64,000 bases of DNA from positions 4,709-68,708 of the IMG/VR virus record IMGVR_UViG_3300020204_004241; one strand, 5' to 3'. The notes beneath the pieces are model-generated. The model was not told the origin of the DNA, made no database searches, and was given only the letters and a program-made list of their open reading frames with translations. The translations under genes and the position numbers were made by a program. Position 1 is the stretch's first letter; every line of letters starts with the position of its first letter. The stretch comes from a virus. This document shows positions 45,250 to 55,720 of this stretch, in pieces.

Positions 45250-45858
45250 ATGCAGGGCGCACACAACGCAAAATTATTTGTCACTAATTATCTGAAGGCA
45301 GACTTCAAGCGGCGTCTTGACGATTACCGCTTCGCACGTCGTGCTGAGGGTGAATGGTTTGTTGATGATGGGGCGCTTCCAGAGCCGGTCAAGTACCTCA
45401 ACTATGAGCCCCTGGCCCTGGATGAGTTCCCGACAATTATTACAGTCGCTATTTCGACAACTAGTTTTCTGCGCGATGACTATACCGGCGCCATGGACCC
45501 GTTGTACCAGGTTACGTACAATATGAGGACATATGTATGGGTGCGCGCTGAGGGGAACGAAGCAGCGACCCTCATGCGTGACCGACTATCCACGGTCCTG
45601 CGATCAGCCCTACTTGACTACCCATGCCTGCGGGCCAACAAGCCCGAGTACTACCTGGAAGTGATGATTGACGAGGGCACGATGCGGGAAGAGTTCTCGG
45701 ACCTTACTCTCCTCAAGGGCGAACGGGCATTGGCCGGTTCATTCATTTCTTATGACCTTACAGTTATGGAGCGAATTACCAGACTGCCCATCGGCACCAT
45801 GGACGAGTTTGAGATCGAACTTGAAAAAGCCGCCCTTAACGAGCCTTTGCCTGACTGA
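45250..45858 (+). CDS. Putative tail terminator/completion protein
   Basis: Position between neck and sheath genes; size and beta/alpha pattern. Confidence 0.55.
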   Translation: MQGAHNAKLFVTNYLKADFKRRLDDYRFARRAEGEWFVDDGALPEPVKYLNYEPLALDEFPTIITVAISTTSFLRDDYTGAMDPLYQVTYNMRTYVWVRAEGNEAATLMRDRLSTVLRSALLDYPCLRANKPEYYLEVMIDEGTMREEFSDLTLLKGERALAGSFISYDLTVMERITRLPIGTMDEFEIELEKAALNEPLPD

Positions 45859-46015
45859 CGATACTTGCACCGCTAAATCAGGCTGTGTTGTAGCATTGAT
45901 ACGAACAGCAAGCAGGCATAGTGCGAATTTCGGTAGACATTATCTGGCGAAAAACAAAAAGCGCTATACTGACTTACAGTTCTGATCTTGGTCGCGGAAT
46001 ACGGAAGGACATCGA

Positions 46016-47515
46016 ATGCCCGGCGTAGTAGTCACAACAGCGGTACGTACTGGCCCCACAGTGGCCAACGTAGCCCCTTCAGCCACTTTCTTCATTGCCG
46101 GTCAGTCCGAGCGTGGACCGTCCGATGAGGCGATTCTCGTTACAAGTCTTGCCGACTACGAGGACTACTTTGGTGGGTACGTTTCGTACGGCCACACTCA
46201 CCAGCAGGTGCAGGCCTTCTTCGAGGAGGGCGGCGCTCGCTGCTACGTGAGCCGCGTTGTTGGAGCCTCGCTCGGCGCCGGCTACGCCGCCACCACCTCG
46301 ACTGGCACAATCACCCTCGACAACTCCGGCGGCCTGGATGCTGTCACCCTGAACGCCAAGGGCCCGGGCGCTTGGTCGGCAAACCTCGATGTGAGCGTTG
46401 CTGCCCTCGGCTCTGGCTTTGTCATCAAGTTGTTCCTCGATGACGAGCAGGTCTACTCGACTGGCGAAGTTGCCAATGCCCAGGCTGCGGTCAACAAGAT
46501 CAACAGCAGCGCTGTTGCGGATCGCTATGTTGAGGCGGTTCTTCCAAGCGGTGCCGCTGATCGCGTTCCCGCCACGATCGCCGCTACCGCATTTTCAGCA
46601 GGCAGTGACAACCGTGCCCAAATCGTTCTCGCCAACTACGAGGCTGCACTTGCCAACTTCACCGATGACCTCGGTGCTGGTGCGGTAGCCATCCCCGGCG
46701 CGACCGAGGATGCAGGCATGGACGTGACTAACCTTCACCAGGCAATCATCGATCACGCCGACACCAACCACCGCGTTGCTCTGTTGTCGTTTGCCTCTGG
46801 CGATTCGTCTGACGACGCGATCAGTGCTATGGCTGACTATGGCGACTACGCCGGCTCAGAGCATGCGGCCTTCTACTGGCCCTGGGTGACCGCCAACCGC
46901 GCAGTTAACACTCCAGTGACCCTGTCGCCAGAGGGCTATGTCGCGGCCAAGCGTTCGGTGGCCTTTAACGCCACTGGCCCATGGTCTCCCTACGCTGGTC
47001 TCGCTTCGGAAGCCAAGTTCCTCACCGGCCTGGCTTCGATCGTCAGCAAGACCCTTGGCGACAGCCTTGACGAGTCTCGCGTCAATGCCCTCCGGATCAT
47101 CAATGGCCGGGTCCGGGCGTACGGCGCTCGCTCGGCTTCGTCTGACGAGGACAACTTCCGCTACATCACTGCCCAGGAAATGCTGAACTACATCGTTGTT
47201 CAGTCGCAGAACACCCTGGAAGACCTGGTGTTCTCCACCATCGACGGTCGTGGTGCGCTGTTCGGCCAGGTGGATGCCCGCCTGCGAGCCGTTCTCGAAC
47301 CACTGCGTCTCGCTGGTGGCCTGTACGAGGCGTTCGATGTTCTCGGAAGCCGCATCGACTACGGCTACACCGTCGTCGTGAACGACGCAATCAACCCTGT
47401 CAGCCAGTTGGCTGGAGGCCTTATCAAGGCCAAGGTTGGCGTTCGCGTGTCCAGCATTGGTGACCAGATTGAAGTTGAAGTCACCAAGTCCAACCTAACA
47501 GCATCAGTAGTCTGA
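46016..47515 (+). CDS. Tail sheath protein
   Basis: MPGVVV, G.SERGP, FFEEGG..CYVSRV, PGAW, A.YWPW, VNALR, YGARS. Confidence 0.93.
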   Translation: MPGVVVTTAVRTGPTVANVAPSATFFIAGQSERGPSDEAILVTSLADYEDYFGGYVSYGHTHQQVQAFFEEGGARCYVSRVVGASLGAGYAATTSTGTITLDNSGGLDAVTLNAKGPGAWSANLDVSVAALGSGFVIKLFLDDEQVYSTGEVANAQAAVNKINSSAVADRYVEAVLPSGAADRVPATIAATAFSAGSDNRAQIVLANYEAALANFTDDLGAGAVAIPGATEDAGMDVTNLHQAIIDHADTNHRVALLSFASGDSSDDAISAMADYGDYAGSEHAAFYWPWVTANRAVNTPVTLSPEGYVAAKRSVAFNATGPWSPYAGLASEAKFLTGLASIVSKTLGDSLDESRVNALRIINGRVRAYGARSASSDEDNFRYITAQEMLNYIVVQSQNTLEDLVFSTIDGRGALFGQVDARLRAVLEPLRLAGGLYEAFDVLGSRIDYGYTVVVNDAINPVSQLAGGLIKAKVGVRVSSIGDQIEVEVTKSNLTASVV

Positions 47516-47527
47516 TAAGGAGTTACC

Positions 47528-47983
47528 GTGTCAAAACTAGCGCAGAGGCAAATTCTGGCGAAGATTGTGCCTTCGGACAACATGACCCAGGAAAAGGGTC
47601 CCAACGTCGACGGCTACTTCGCACAGGTCTCTGGTGGAGAAATCACTGCTTCCGTGGAAAAAATCTACGTGGGTGGCGAGACATTCCCAGAGGTGTTGTG
47701 CGCGCCGGCTGAAGTCGGTGACATCACCCTGACCAAGCACTTCGACACTACTGACGTAGCCTCGGGAGCCTTCCTCCCCAAACTGCGCCAACTGGTTGGC
47801 CGCGTGTACTATGACATCACGGTCTATACCCTGGACTGTGATCTCAAGGTTCCCGGCTCGGACCGCGTGTACCCCAAGTGCTTGCTCGTCGGTTTGAGCG
47901 AGCCAGACGGTGACTCGTCGTCTGGCGCCCCCGCTGTATTCGCGCTGACCTTCAGCGTGTCCAGCGTCGCGGCCCCTCGCTGA
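47528..47983 (+). CDS. Tail tube protein
   Basis: Follows sheath; F..VSGG, GDITL, DSSSG...LT. Confidence 0.8.
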   Translation: MSKLAQRQILAKIVPSDNMTQEKGPNVDGYFAQVSGGEITASVEKIYVGGETFPEVLCAPAEVGDITLTKHFDTTDVASGAFLPKLRQLVGRVYYDITVYTLDCDLKVPGSDRVYPKCLLVGLSEPDGDSSSGAPAVFALTFSVSSVAAPR

Positions 47984-47990
47984 TCTGAGT

Positions 47991-48023
47991 TTCCCGCCGT
48001 CGTTACGGTGACGGCGGCGGGAA
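47991..48023 (+). terminator. Strong hairpin after the tube gene
   Basis: TTCCCGCCGTCGT-N7-ACGGCGGCGGGAA; U-tract is weak and offset. Confidence 0.6.
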
Positions 48024-48080
48024 CATAATTTTACCGTATTCTGCAACTTACCTATTCCTACTATGCTAAGGTCCCTGATT

Positions 48081-48602
48081 ATGGCTGAATCATTCCAACT
48101 CGATGAGTCCACCCCTGCAGCGAAAACCGCCAAGCAGGCTGACGTAACCCCATCTGTGCTCGACCAGTTGAAGGCAGTAGTCTCCAAGAAGGTTGAGCGC
48201 CAGGTCATCTACATCGAGGTGCCGGAGCGACCGGGCGTACTCCTCAAGGTGAGCCCGAATATCACTCAGCACCAGATGAAGGCCTGGCGGCGCAACGCCG
48301 GCGAGGAGACCAAGAACGGTCTTGATCCGCTTAAGTTCGCCTGCTCCGTAATTGGTCATTGCACCATCGGCTTTGAGATCAATGGTGAAGAGGTTGCTGA
48401 CTCGGATGGCACCGTCCTGACCTTTGCGTCGCCGGAAATCATGGAAATGACGGAGACAACCCGCCCCCTCCCCGACTGCGTCCGCGCCTTTTTCGGCATC
48501 GACCCGCACGTCGAGGCTGCCGCTGTAGCGATCATGGAGGCGTCCGGTTACGGCGATACGGTTGAAACCGTAAACCCTACGAAGACGTCCTCGACGAACT
48601 AG
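48081..48602 (+). CDS. Tail assembly chaperone (G-like)
   Basis: Between tube and tape measure; ends in a slippery site. Confidence 0.8.
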   Translation: MAESFQLDESTPAAKTAKQADVTPSVLDQLKAVVSKKVERQVIYIEVPERPGVLLKVSPNITQHQMKAWRRNAGEETKNGLDPLKFACSVIGHCTIGFEINGEEVADSDGTVLTFASPEIMEMTETTRPLPDCVRAFFGIDPHVEAAAVAIMEASGYGDTVETVNPTKTSSTN

Positions 48603-48772
48603 TTGAGGACCCGCGGATAAAGACCGCGGCCCGTCTCGGGGAATTATTCGGGACTGATCCAATTCGCATTTTGGACTCCTCCGATGAGGAGTGGTTTGTG
48701 CGTATGGCCTGCGCCAAAGTCATTGAGGCGGATCGGCTAGAGCAGCAGAAACAAATGGACAGAATGCGCTAA
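48572..48772 (+). other. Programmed -1 frameshift extension of the tail chaperone (GT-like)
   Basis: A AAC CCT (48572-78), stem GTCCTCGAC/GTTGAGGAC 8 nt downstream, -1 frame open to TAA 48772. Confidence 0.8.
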
Positions 48773-48812
48773 AATAGGGCATCCCTAGCGCTGCTACTTA
48801 CATAGGTTGATC

Positions 48813-51800
48813 ATGGCCGACGAACGTGTTGTCGTAAAAATTGATGTCGACATCTCGGGCGTTCAAAACATCACACGCTTGCAGAAGCAGTTGGCTTCGA
48901 TGAACCGAATGAACGACCGGTTCATGAAGCGCCAATCACTCATAAATGAGCGCTTCAGCGCTATTAAAAATCGCACCGACCTTGTTAGCCGCACATTTGT
49001 AAGGATGCGCTCAATTGTTGGAACAATGATTGGGATTTTTGCCAAGTTCAATGCGATACTGACTGTTGTTGCCACAGCAGCGTTGCCTTTGCTGAATGCC
49101 ACCTTTGCCACTGGTCGGCTCCTGGCAAAGGCGTATCACGGAGCCCTGCAATTAGTGGCTGCCGGCGTTGCCGCAGTTGGCGCGGCAGCAGCGGTAGCGC
49201 TCGCTGGATTCCGTGAATACAGCGCAGCCATGCAGTCGTTCAACTACACGACGAATAATAACTTCCTTGGTGCAACACAGAACGCTTCGGCAAGCCTGCG
49301 AGGCCTCCAGCGCGATGCCGAACTGGCAGTGTTTGGGCTTACTGGACTAAATGATGCGTTCGTACAAGTAAACCAGAGCAGCCGTTTCACTGGGCAGTCG
49401 CAGAACATGCTTCGCCAATTGGCAGACTTTGCCGCTGCTGGCGGAGACCCGGCCAAGAATATTGCCGCTGCTGGCGCATTTATTGGCCTGTTGCAAAAAG
49501 AAGGCAAACTTACCCAGAACGTCCTGGCCGCTGGTCAGAAGATCGGTCCCCAATTTGCCAAAGCCCTTGATGAAGCCAAGAAGCGCGGCATGTCTTCAGT
49601 TGCCGACTTCCAGAAGTTGCTGTCGAGCGGAGAACTCGCTGCCTTCGGCGGAGTAACCGGGCAGGCGGGCCGCGTACGCCAGACGCTGTTCGGCCAACTC
49701 AAGGGCTATATGAGCCAATTCTTCACCATGGGTGCAGATATCGGTGACAGCCTGTTGGGGCCAACCAAATCGGCACTTGACCAAGTTGCGCAATCACTCA
49801 TGGGTGTTCTTCGGCGCGTTGGTCCATCTATTGCTTCTTTCGGCAGGGGCCCATTCCTTGAAGGTTTCGTTGGCATGTTCCTCAAGTTGGAAGAAATTCT
49901 CATCAAGTTATTCCGCGAGTATCTTCCCAGGTCGGAGGGAATGGTTGGCCGGTTCGTTTCGTTTTGGAAAGAACTTGTCTATGTATTTGAAGACATTGTT
50001 GATCGCCTGCGGCCATACACCGAAATCGGCCGTGCAATCATGGACATTTTCGGGCCGGCGTTCACGCAAATCTTCGAGCGGTTCGGGGCAAAGTATCAAG
50101 ATATTGGCGTACTAATTGAAGACAACCGAGAGCAATTCGACAGATTCGGAAGCAATCTTGAGCGCTTCGTCAACCTGTTCTTTGACTTTGCAAAAGTGCT
50201 TGAGGAAAGTTTTGTTAAGGCTTTGCCAGTCATCAATGCGCTTGCTGAAGCATTTATGACAATTGCAGAAATGGTACTGGCAATTGTTGGTGGCATCGGA
50301 CAGATGGGCTCAATGGGGGGAATGGCCGCCCTTGGCTTGATGTTTGGTGGGAAAGCAATGCTGGGCAGCAAGAGGGGCCCTGGCGGCCGGCGAACCCGGG
50401 GCAGAGCGGGCCGCGGCATGATGCGTGGGGCCCGTACCATGGGTGGAGCGATTAACAGCGCTCTAGGTCCCTTCGGGGTCCTGGGCGGTGGATTTATGCC
50501 GGGAATGAATAGTTACGGTTCCGGCATCGGACTAGCAAACACAACAGCCTTCGCTGGCCGTGGAGCCTACAACGCTGGTATTTTTACTAGGAATCTCGCT
50601 AGCCGCGCTAGCGTTGGGGCAAGAAACTTTGTTCAGGACCGTATTGCTGCTAGGGAACTTAGGCGGCTTGGATTTTCTCCCATGGAAGCAAGAGAAATGA
50701 ATGGCGGTCTTCTGCCTGGCGGTGGAACTGCAACATACACTCCAAAGCAATACAAGAAAATGTTCCCATTCAATAGGTTTGGGACGAGTGCAATTAGTGG
50801 GCCGCAGGCTCCGCCGTCGCACCTGATGAACTTCCAGCAGTATTCCGATGCAATCACCAAGGGGACCACACGACAGAGTTATCGGGCGTATCGTGCTGGA
50901 ACAATTGGTAAAGCCGGGATGGGTATAGGCGCTTCGCTGAAGGGGGCGTTGCGCAGCAGTGCTCGTCAGGGTCGATTTACTCGTGGCTACGCTCCGACCG
51001 GACTGGGCGCCGGCTTGGCATCCATGATGGGCAGCGCCGCCCTCATGAACAACTTTCAGTTTGCCGATACCGGATTGGGAAGTGCGGGCAACACGATCGG
51101 ATCAATGGGATCGATGGTTGCCATGTTTAATCCCATGGCCGGTCTTGGGCTGACGCTCGCTGGCGGTGCTCTTGGCGCAAAGACTCCTGGCGGTGGAGCG
51201 CTCGCCGGAGCCGGAGCCGGTGCCGCATTCGGAAGTATGGTGGGTGGCCCTGTTGGCGCCGCCGTAGGCGCGGTTATTGGTGCGGCTATTGGCGGAGTAA
51301 CTGGAGCGATCAACCGCTTCAAGGGCGAAGAAAAGAAACTGAAACAGGACGCTCAAAAGGTCGGCCTTGAGGTGATGGGCGCTGTTGCGCGATCATTCAT
51401 TGGCACAGGAGACTTTTCGCAGGTTTCTGATATTGCCGGCAAACTTGGCAAGCGAGCCGACTATATTCGCGGCCTTGGTCTTGAGGGCATGGACCGTGAT
51501 GCCCGCAAGGCCGAAGTGGCACGACTGCGCGCCGAAGGCAAAATTACAAGAGAAGAGGCAGACACACTAAACGCTGGCGTCACAAAATATGTTGATGGCC
51601 TAGACCTGCAGCAAGAAAAAATTCTTGAGGTAACAGAAATTATCGAAAGGGGCTTCAATGACAAAATGGATGTCCTTAAGTCGATGACAGGTAAGTCCAC
51701 GGAAGAACTTCTGGCCCTGGCAAATACTATGGGCGTTGACCTATATGAAGCAACAGAGTCAGTGCATAGTGCCGTTGTAGCACTAGGCCTCGCCTCAATG

Positions 51801-53030
51801 CGCACAGCCGAAGAAATTATTGGTTCAGTTCGCGATATTCAGATCGAAGCGCTCGATCCCCTGCGCAAGCAACTTGAAAGGGGAGACCTGTCTGACCAGT
51901 TGAGCCAAATTGAAATTGCCTTCAGGGACCTGGGAAGTACTGCAACTGCCAATGACGTAAATCAACTGCTTCTTGACTATGTAGATGTTCTTAATGTGAT
52001 GAACCCCGATTCCCCATTGACAAATCTGCTTCATGCGCGAGACCTGATCAACAGAGGGATTGCCCCGGGCGGCTTTCTGGAAGGTCAGGCCGACATTATT
52101 AGAGCGTCTGGTGTCCAGCGAACCCAAGATACGGCTATTGAAACCACCCGCACCAATGCTATTCCGAGTATCGCCAGAGACATTGTTGCTGGACTGGCAT
52201 CACAACAGAACATTGCCGCTGATTTCGGCCAGGTTTCCGCGATGCTTTCTGGCTTGTCACCAGAGCAACTTCAATCCGTAATGAATCAACTTGCCAACGG
52301 AACACTCCTAAATACATTTGGACACACTGGCGCGCGGGGGCATGGCACTGGAGTACTAGGTGGGCTTGGTTCTTTTTCGTATATGCACCTTAATACGCAG
52401 ACTAGTCCCTTCTTTGACATGCTCAGTGATGACCAGAAGACCATGTATCTCGGAATTCAGGACGCGGTCAAGGCTGGGTTCGGGGCAAACCCAGACTGGT
52501 ACGCGGATGCGCCTGTCTGGTACAACCAAAATCCATCATGGTTCGATCCCTCTGATGGAACCGTTCCCGATACCAGGACGCCCCGCGGCGACACAACCAC
52601 CCAGCGTCTTGGGCGAACCTTGAGCCGCCACAACTACTTCAACTCAATGCTTTCTGGCAAGCGTTCGATTACATCGGCCTTCCGCACAACGAATCTTGGC
52701 TCAATTAACTCTGACCACATCACGGGCCGCGCATACGACCTAGTCGGTCAGAATCTTGGCCAGTACGCGAGTCTTGTAAATAACTCCGGTGGATTCGCGG
52801 AGTTCCACGGTCGCGGCGGTGGCCGTCACCTTCATGTCGTTCCTGGCGAAACACCCATGGGTGACATGTCGATGCCGGCGATTAGGCCAATGTCGACACC
52901 ATCGGCGTCGAGTAATGTCTACAACTATTCGGTCAATGTCAATGGCGCGAATGCAGACGCCAATGAAATCGCCTCCAAGGTAATGGATCGAATCCAGCGC
53001 CTCGATCAGAACCGCCGCGAAAGGAGATAG
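48813..53030 (+). CDS. Tape measure protein with C-terminal peptidase M15-like domain
   Basis: Long A/G-rich helical protein with hydrophobic GxxxG tracts; ITSAFR...SDHITGRAYD...HLHV near the C-terminus. Confidence 0.9.
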   Translation: MADERVVVKIDVDISGVQNITRLQKQLASMNRMNDRFMKRQSLINERFSAIKNRTDLVSRTFVRMRSIVGTMIGIFAKFNAILTVVATAALPLLNATFATGRLLAKAYHGALQLVAAGVAAVGAAAAVALAGFREYSAAMQSFNYTTNNNFLGATQNASASLRGLQRDAELAVFGLTGLNDAFVQVNQSSRFTGQSQNMLRQLADFAAAGGDPAKNIAAAGAFIGLLQKEGKLTQNVLAAGQKIGPQFAKALDEAKKRGMSSVADFQKLLSSGELAAFGGVTGQAGRVRQTLFGQLKGYMSQFFTMGADIGDSLLGPTKSALDQVAQSLMGVLRRVGPSIASFGRGPFLEGFVGMFLKLEEILIKLFREYLPRSEGMVGRFVSFWKELVYVFEDIVDRLRPYTEIGRAIMDIFGPAFTQIFERFGAKYQDIGVLIEDNREQFDRFGSNLERFVNLFFDFAKVLEESFVKALPVINALAEAFMTIAEMVLAIVGGIGQMGSMGGMAALGLMFGGKAMLGSKRGPGGRRTRGRAGRGMMRGARTMGGAINSALGPFGVLGGGFMPGMNSYGSGIGLANTTAFAGRGAYNAGIFTRNLASRASVGARNFVQDRIAARELRRLGFSPMEAREMNGGLLPGGGTATYTPKQYKKMFPFNRFGTSAISGPQAPPSHLMNFQQYSDAITKGTTRQSYRAYRAGTIGKAGMGIGASLKGALRSSARQGRFTRGYAPTGLGAGLASMMGSAALMNNFQFADTGLGSAGNTIGSMGSMVAMFNPMAGLGLTLAGGALGAKTPGGGALAGAGAGAAFGSMVGGPVGAAVGAVIGAAIGGVTGAINRFKGEEKKLKQDAQKVGLEVMGAVARSFIGTGDFSQVSDIAGKLGKRADYIRGLGLEGMDRDARKAEVARLRAEGKITREEADTLNAGVTKYVDGLDLQQEKILEVTEIIERGFNDKMDVLKSMTGKSTEELLALANTMGVDLYEATESVHSAVVALGLASMRTAEEIIGSVRDIQIEALDPLRKQLERGDLSDQLSQIEIAFRDLGSTATANDVNQLLLDYVDVLNVMNPDSPLTNLLHARDLINRGIAPGGFLEGQADIIRASGVQRTQDTAIETTRTNAIPSIARDIVAGLASQQNIAADFGQVSAMLSGLSPEQLQSVMNQLANGTLLNTFGHTGARGHGTGVLGGLGSFSYMHLNTQTSPFFDMLSDDQKTMYLGIQDAVKAGFGANPDWYADAPVWYNQNPSWFDPSDGTVPDTRTPRGDTTTQRLGRTLSRHNYFNSMLSGKRSITSAFRTTNLGSINSDHITGRAYDLVGQNLGQYASLVNNSGGFAEFHGRGGGRHLHVVPGETPMGDMSMPAIRPMSTPSASSNVYNYSVNVNGANADANEIASKVMDRIQRLDQNRRERR

Positions 53031-53032
53031 TC

Positions 53033-53782
53033 ATGTCAACTTCAGACCTTCGGTCACTGCGGTTCACCATTAAAAACACCAGCGATAGGCGAGCCCTTTC
53101 TGTGGGTCAAATCTCTGGCGCTGTGGCAGTTCAGTCCCAGAACATCACCGCGAAAATGGTTCTGAATCTTTCAACTATTCAGGACCAGCCGTACGAGTTC
53201 TTTTTCCCCTATGCGCCGATTGATGTTCAATACTCCAACATGGCCGCTGAATGGACGGAAATCAACCGCCCTGGGCGCACCCCATTAATTGACTACTCAC
53301 AAAGCAAGTTGCTCGACGTTTCATTCAACTTTTTGGTTGCTCGGCCTGGGGACGGAATCACATACAGCGTCGACGATGACTTAGTAACACTGAGATACAT
53401 GGCATCCTCGAAGCGAACCGTCAGTGTTTTTGGCATGGATGGAATGCTGACCAATCCATTCCAGATTCCCGGCCAGCCAAGCAGGACATCTAGCGGTTTC
53501 TTTTTCCACATTACAGACTTCACGGTTCGCTCAGTCCGACGAAATAAGGACAATCAAATTACAGCGGCGGAGTGCTCGATCACTTTGCGTGAAGTGAATA
53601 ACCCGGATATTGGGGTCGTGCGCTTTCCTGCAATCACGTATCCGCGGCAGGTGCCGCCAGTTAAAAAGAAAAGTCCGCCCCCCGATACCCACAAGGAATT
53701 GACCACAAATCAAAGAATTGCTTTAGACCAAGCCGTCGAACAAGGCATAACTGTGCTTATTCCCATACCTGCATCTGGATGA
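53033..53782 (+). CDS. Baseplate/tube-initiator-like protein
   Basis: Position after TMP; F.YAP....Y....W.EI.RPG..P and ITL.E patterns. Confidence 0.6.
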   Translation: MSTSDLRSLRFTIKNTSDRRALSVGQISGAVAVQSQNITAKMVLNLSTIQDQPYEFFFPYAPIDVQYSNMAAEWTEINRPGRTPLIDYSQSKLLDVSFNFLVARPGDGITYSVDDDLVTLRYMASSKRTVSVFGMDGMLTNPFQIPGQPSRTSSGFFFHITDFTVRSVRRNKDNQITAAECSITLREVNNPDIGVVRFPAITYPRQVPPVKKKSPPPDTHKELTTNQRIALDQAVEQGITVLIPIPASG

Positions 53783-53785
53783 CCC

Positions 53786-54706
53786 GTGATGATCGATTCA
53801 TCATTAATTACCATCAATGACCTGACCACAAAACAGGTCGGCCAAATTGCCGAATACATCACAGACTTTTCTGTGAGTTACCGCATCGACGGCGCAAGCG
53901 AAATCTCATTTAGTGTTATCGATCCAGATTTCTCCATGATGAAGGGCAACTACTTTCAAATTCGTCGCAATCTGGTATACCGCAACATGCCATTTGAAAT
54001 TGCGGCAGTCGAGGTGGGTCGTGGCCCGGGGTCGTCGCCCCAGATTAATATTCAGGCTCGATCCACATTCATCCAGTTGATGAAACGCGACAAGCAGCCC
54101 AGGGCCATCGGTGGCGCCTCGGCCTATGACTTTGCCCGGCTCACGGCCAATCGCTTCTTCCTGAAGTTCTACGGACAGTCAAATCCCACCGTTCAGTCCT
54201 CCTTCCAGGTCTCTAGCGGCAACAACGACGAATCCGTCTGGGACGTACTGGGTAGGGCGGCTGCATCACTTCAGTATGCGCTGTTCGAAAGCGACGGTTC
54301 GCTATTTTTTGCGTCTCAGGCGTTTTTGCTTGGCAAGATCGGCATCGACACTGATCCGTCAAATATCTTTACAGCCGAGGGATCGATCACTGCATTCGGC
54401 ATCAACAACCTTCAATACATTCCAATCACCTATCCGACCCCGTCCACTGACTCTCGATTTGTTTGTCTTGACATGCCACGTATTCGTCGATCAGAGAATG
54501 ACCCTCTTGAGGGGTCGGGCAGTGTTGTCCTTGACAGAACAAATGCGGTCAATATCCGGCCGGGAATGACGATTGGACTTAAGGGCTTGCCAAATTTTGA
54601 TGGGCTGTATTTGGTTACTGCCGTCGAGTTCATGGAAGGCGTACCAGACCCGGTTAATGTCACCTTCCAAACTGCAGTGGTCCCTGACCCCAAGAAGGTG
54701 AACTGA
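53786..54706 (+). CDS. Baseplate hub protein (gp27/gpD-like)
   Basis: Synteny; ES.WD.L.R.A, IRPG.TI.L.G...FDG.YLVT.V. Confidence 0.7.
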   Translation: MMIDSSLITINDLTTKQVGQIAEYITDFSVSYRIDGASEISFSVIDPDFSMMKGNYFQIRRNLVYRNMPFEIAAVEVGRGPGSSPQINIQARSTFIQLMKRDKQPRAIGGASAYDFARLTANRFFLKFYGQSNPTVQSSFQVSSGNNDESVWDVLGRAAASLQYALFESDGSLFFASQAFLLGKIGIDTDPSNIFTAEGSITAFGINNLQYIPITYPTPSTDSRFVCLDMPRIRRSENDPLEGSGSVVLDRTNAVNIRPGMTIGLKGLPNFDGLYLVTAVEFMEGVPDPVNVTFQTAVVPDPKKVN

Positions 54707-55350
54707 TGAACCTGATTTCCTATAGCAAGGCCTCATCAGTCCCCGTCCAGGGCGGCGGCGTTTACATCGGCATTGTCGTTCGGGTAGACGGGAATGCCTG
54801 CTACGTGCAGTTGCCGCGGCTCAGCGGTGAAGCGGCCTATGGCCCATGCCCGACCTTTTTCGGGGCAAATGGGCTGGCTGCCGGCGACACCGTGTTCTGC
54901 GCCTTTATTGGCCACTTATCGGACCAATTGGTGGTTCTGTCAAGCACGACGAACAAAATGCCTCGCGGCCTCATGACTGAGGTGGAGGCATCTACTACCG
55001 ACACATCTGTCACCGCTGAAGAGGTGGCGCTGACGGCCACATGGACAGCCGAAGCCAGCCGAATTTATCGAATCGTCTACATCGAACCCGCGTTGTCTGG
55101 CACGTCGGCGGCAACCGCTACATTACGGCTTCGGCAGACCAACCTCGCCGGCACCATTCTGAACTCGTCGACCACCGCCATTGCGTCGACGCTACCATCA
55201 TCCCTTGGGCGAGTTGAGTCGATCGCCCAGATAAGCGCAGGATCGCAAACGGTCGTTGCCACTCTCCAGTTTTCAGCCGGTACTGGCACCGCAACTCGAT
55301 CCGGAACCGGGCTCGCCATGCTTTACGTCGAGGATATCGGGGCAGCATGA
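54706..55350 (+). CDS. Baseplate spike-like protein (N-terminal OB fold)
   Basis: YIGIVV...V..P.L...GD.V.CAF; synteny. Confidence 0.6.
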   Translation: MNLISYSKASSVPVQGGGVYIGIVVRVDGNACYVQLPRLSGEAAYGPCPTFFGANGLAAGDTVFCAFIGHLSDQLVVLSSTTNKMPRGLMTEVEASTTDTSVTAEEVALTATWTAEASRIYRIVYIEPALSGTSAATATLRLRQTNLAGTILNSSTTAIASTLPSSLGRVESIAQISAGSQTVVATLQFSAGTGTATRSGTGLAMLYVEDIGAA

Positions 55351-55422
55351 GAAACGATAAATTCTATATTCTCTCTGTGGGCGCAAGTATTGATTTACAA
55401 TGGTACGAATAAAGGAATTGAC

Positions 55423-55719
55423 ATGGATGCCCTAAAACTGCCGCTAAAATTTGTTGAGGGTTCTGCTGATGTTTGGGCAGATCAGTCTGACCAATATTAT
55501 GCACATCTATTATTTTGCTTTGCCTCAACTCGTCGCGGCGAATTGGTGCTGATGCCCCAGGTGGGCGTTGGCGATATTCCCTTCGACGTCAAGTCGATTG
55601 AAAGCCTTTCATACAACGTCGCTCAGTTCATCCCCGAAATTGATATTGCCGATATTGAGGCTTATGCGAGCGATAGCGGGCAGACAGAAATCAAACTGAG
55701 TTTTCTAAAGAGAGATTGA
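55423..55719 (+). CDS. gp25/gpW-like baseplate protein
   Basis: LPLKF...TRRGE..L.P..G motif; precedes baseplate J. Confidence 0.7.
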   Translation: MDALKLPLKFVEGSADVWADQSDQYYAHLLFCFASTRRGELVLMPQVGVGDIPFDVKSIESLSYNVAQFIPEIDIADIEAYASDSGQTEIKLSFLKRD

Positions 55720-55720
55720 C

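Noticed and set aside
45859-46015. tRNA or riboswitch in the gap before the sheath gene
   Set aside because: No cloverleaf or recognisable aptamer by eye; probably a promoter region. tRNAscan/Infernal were not run
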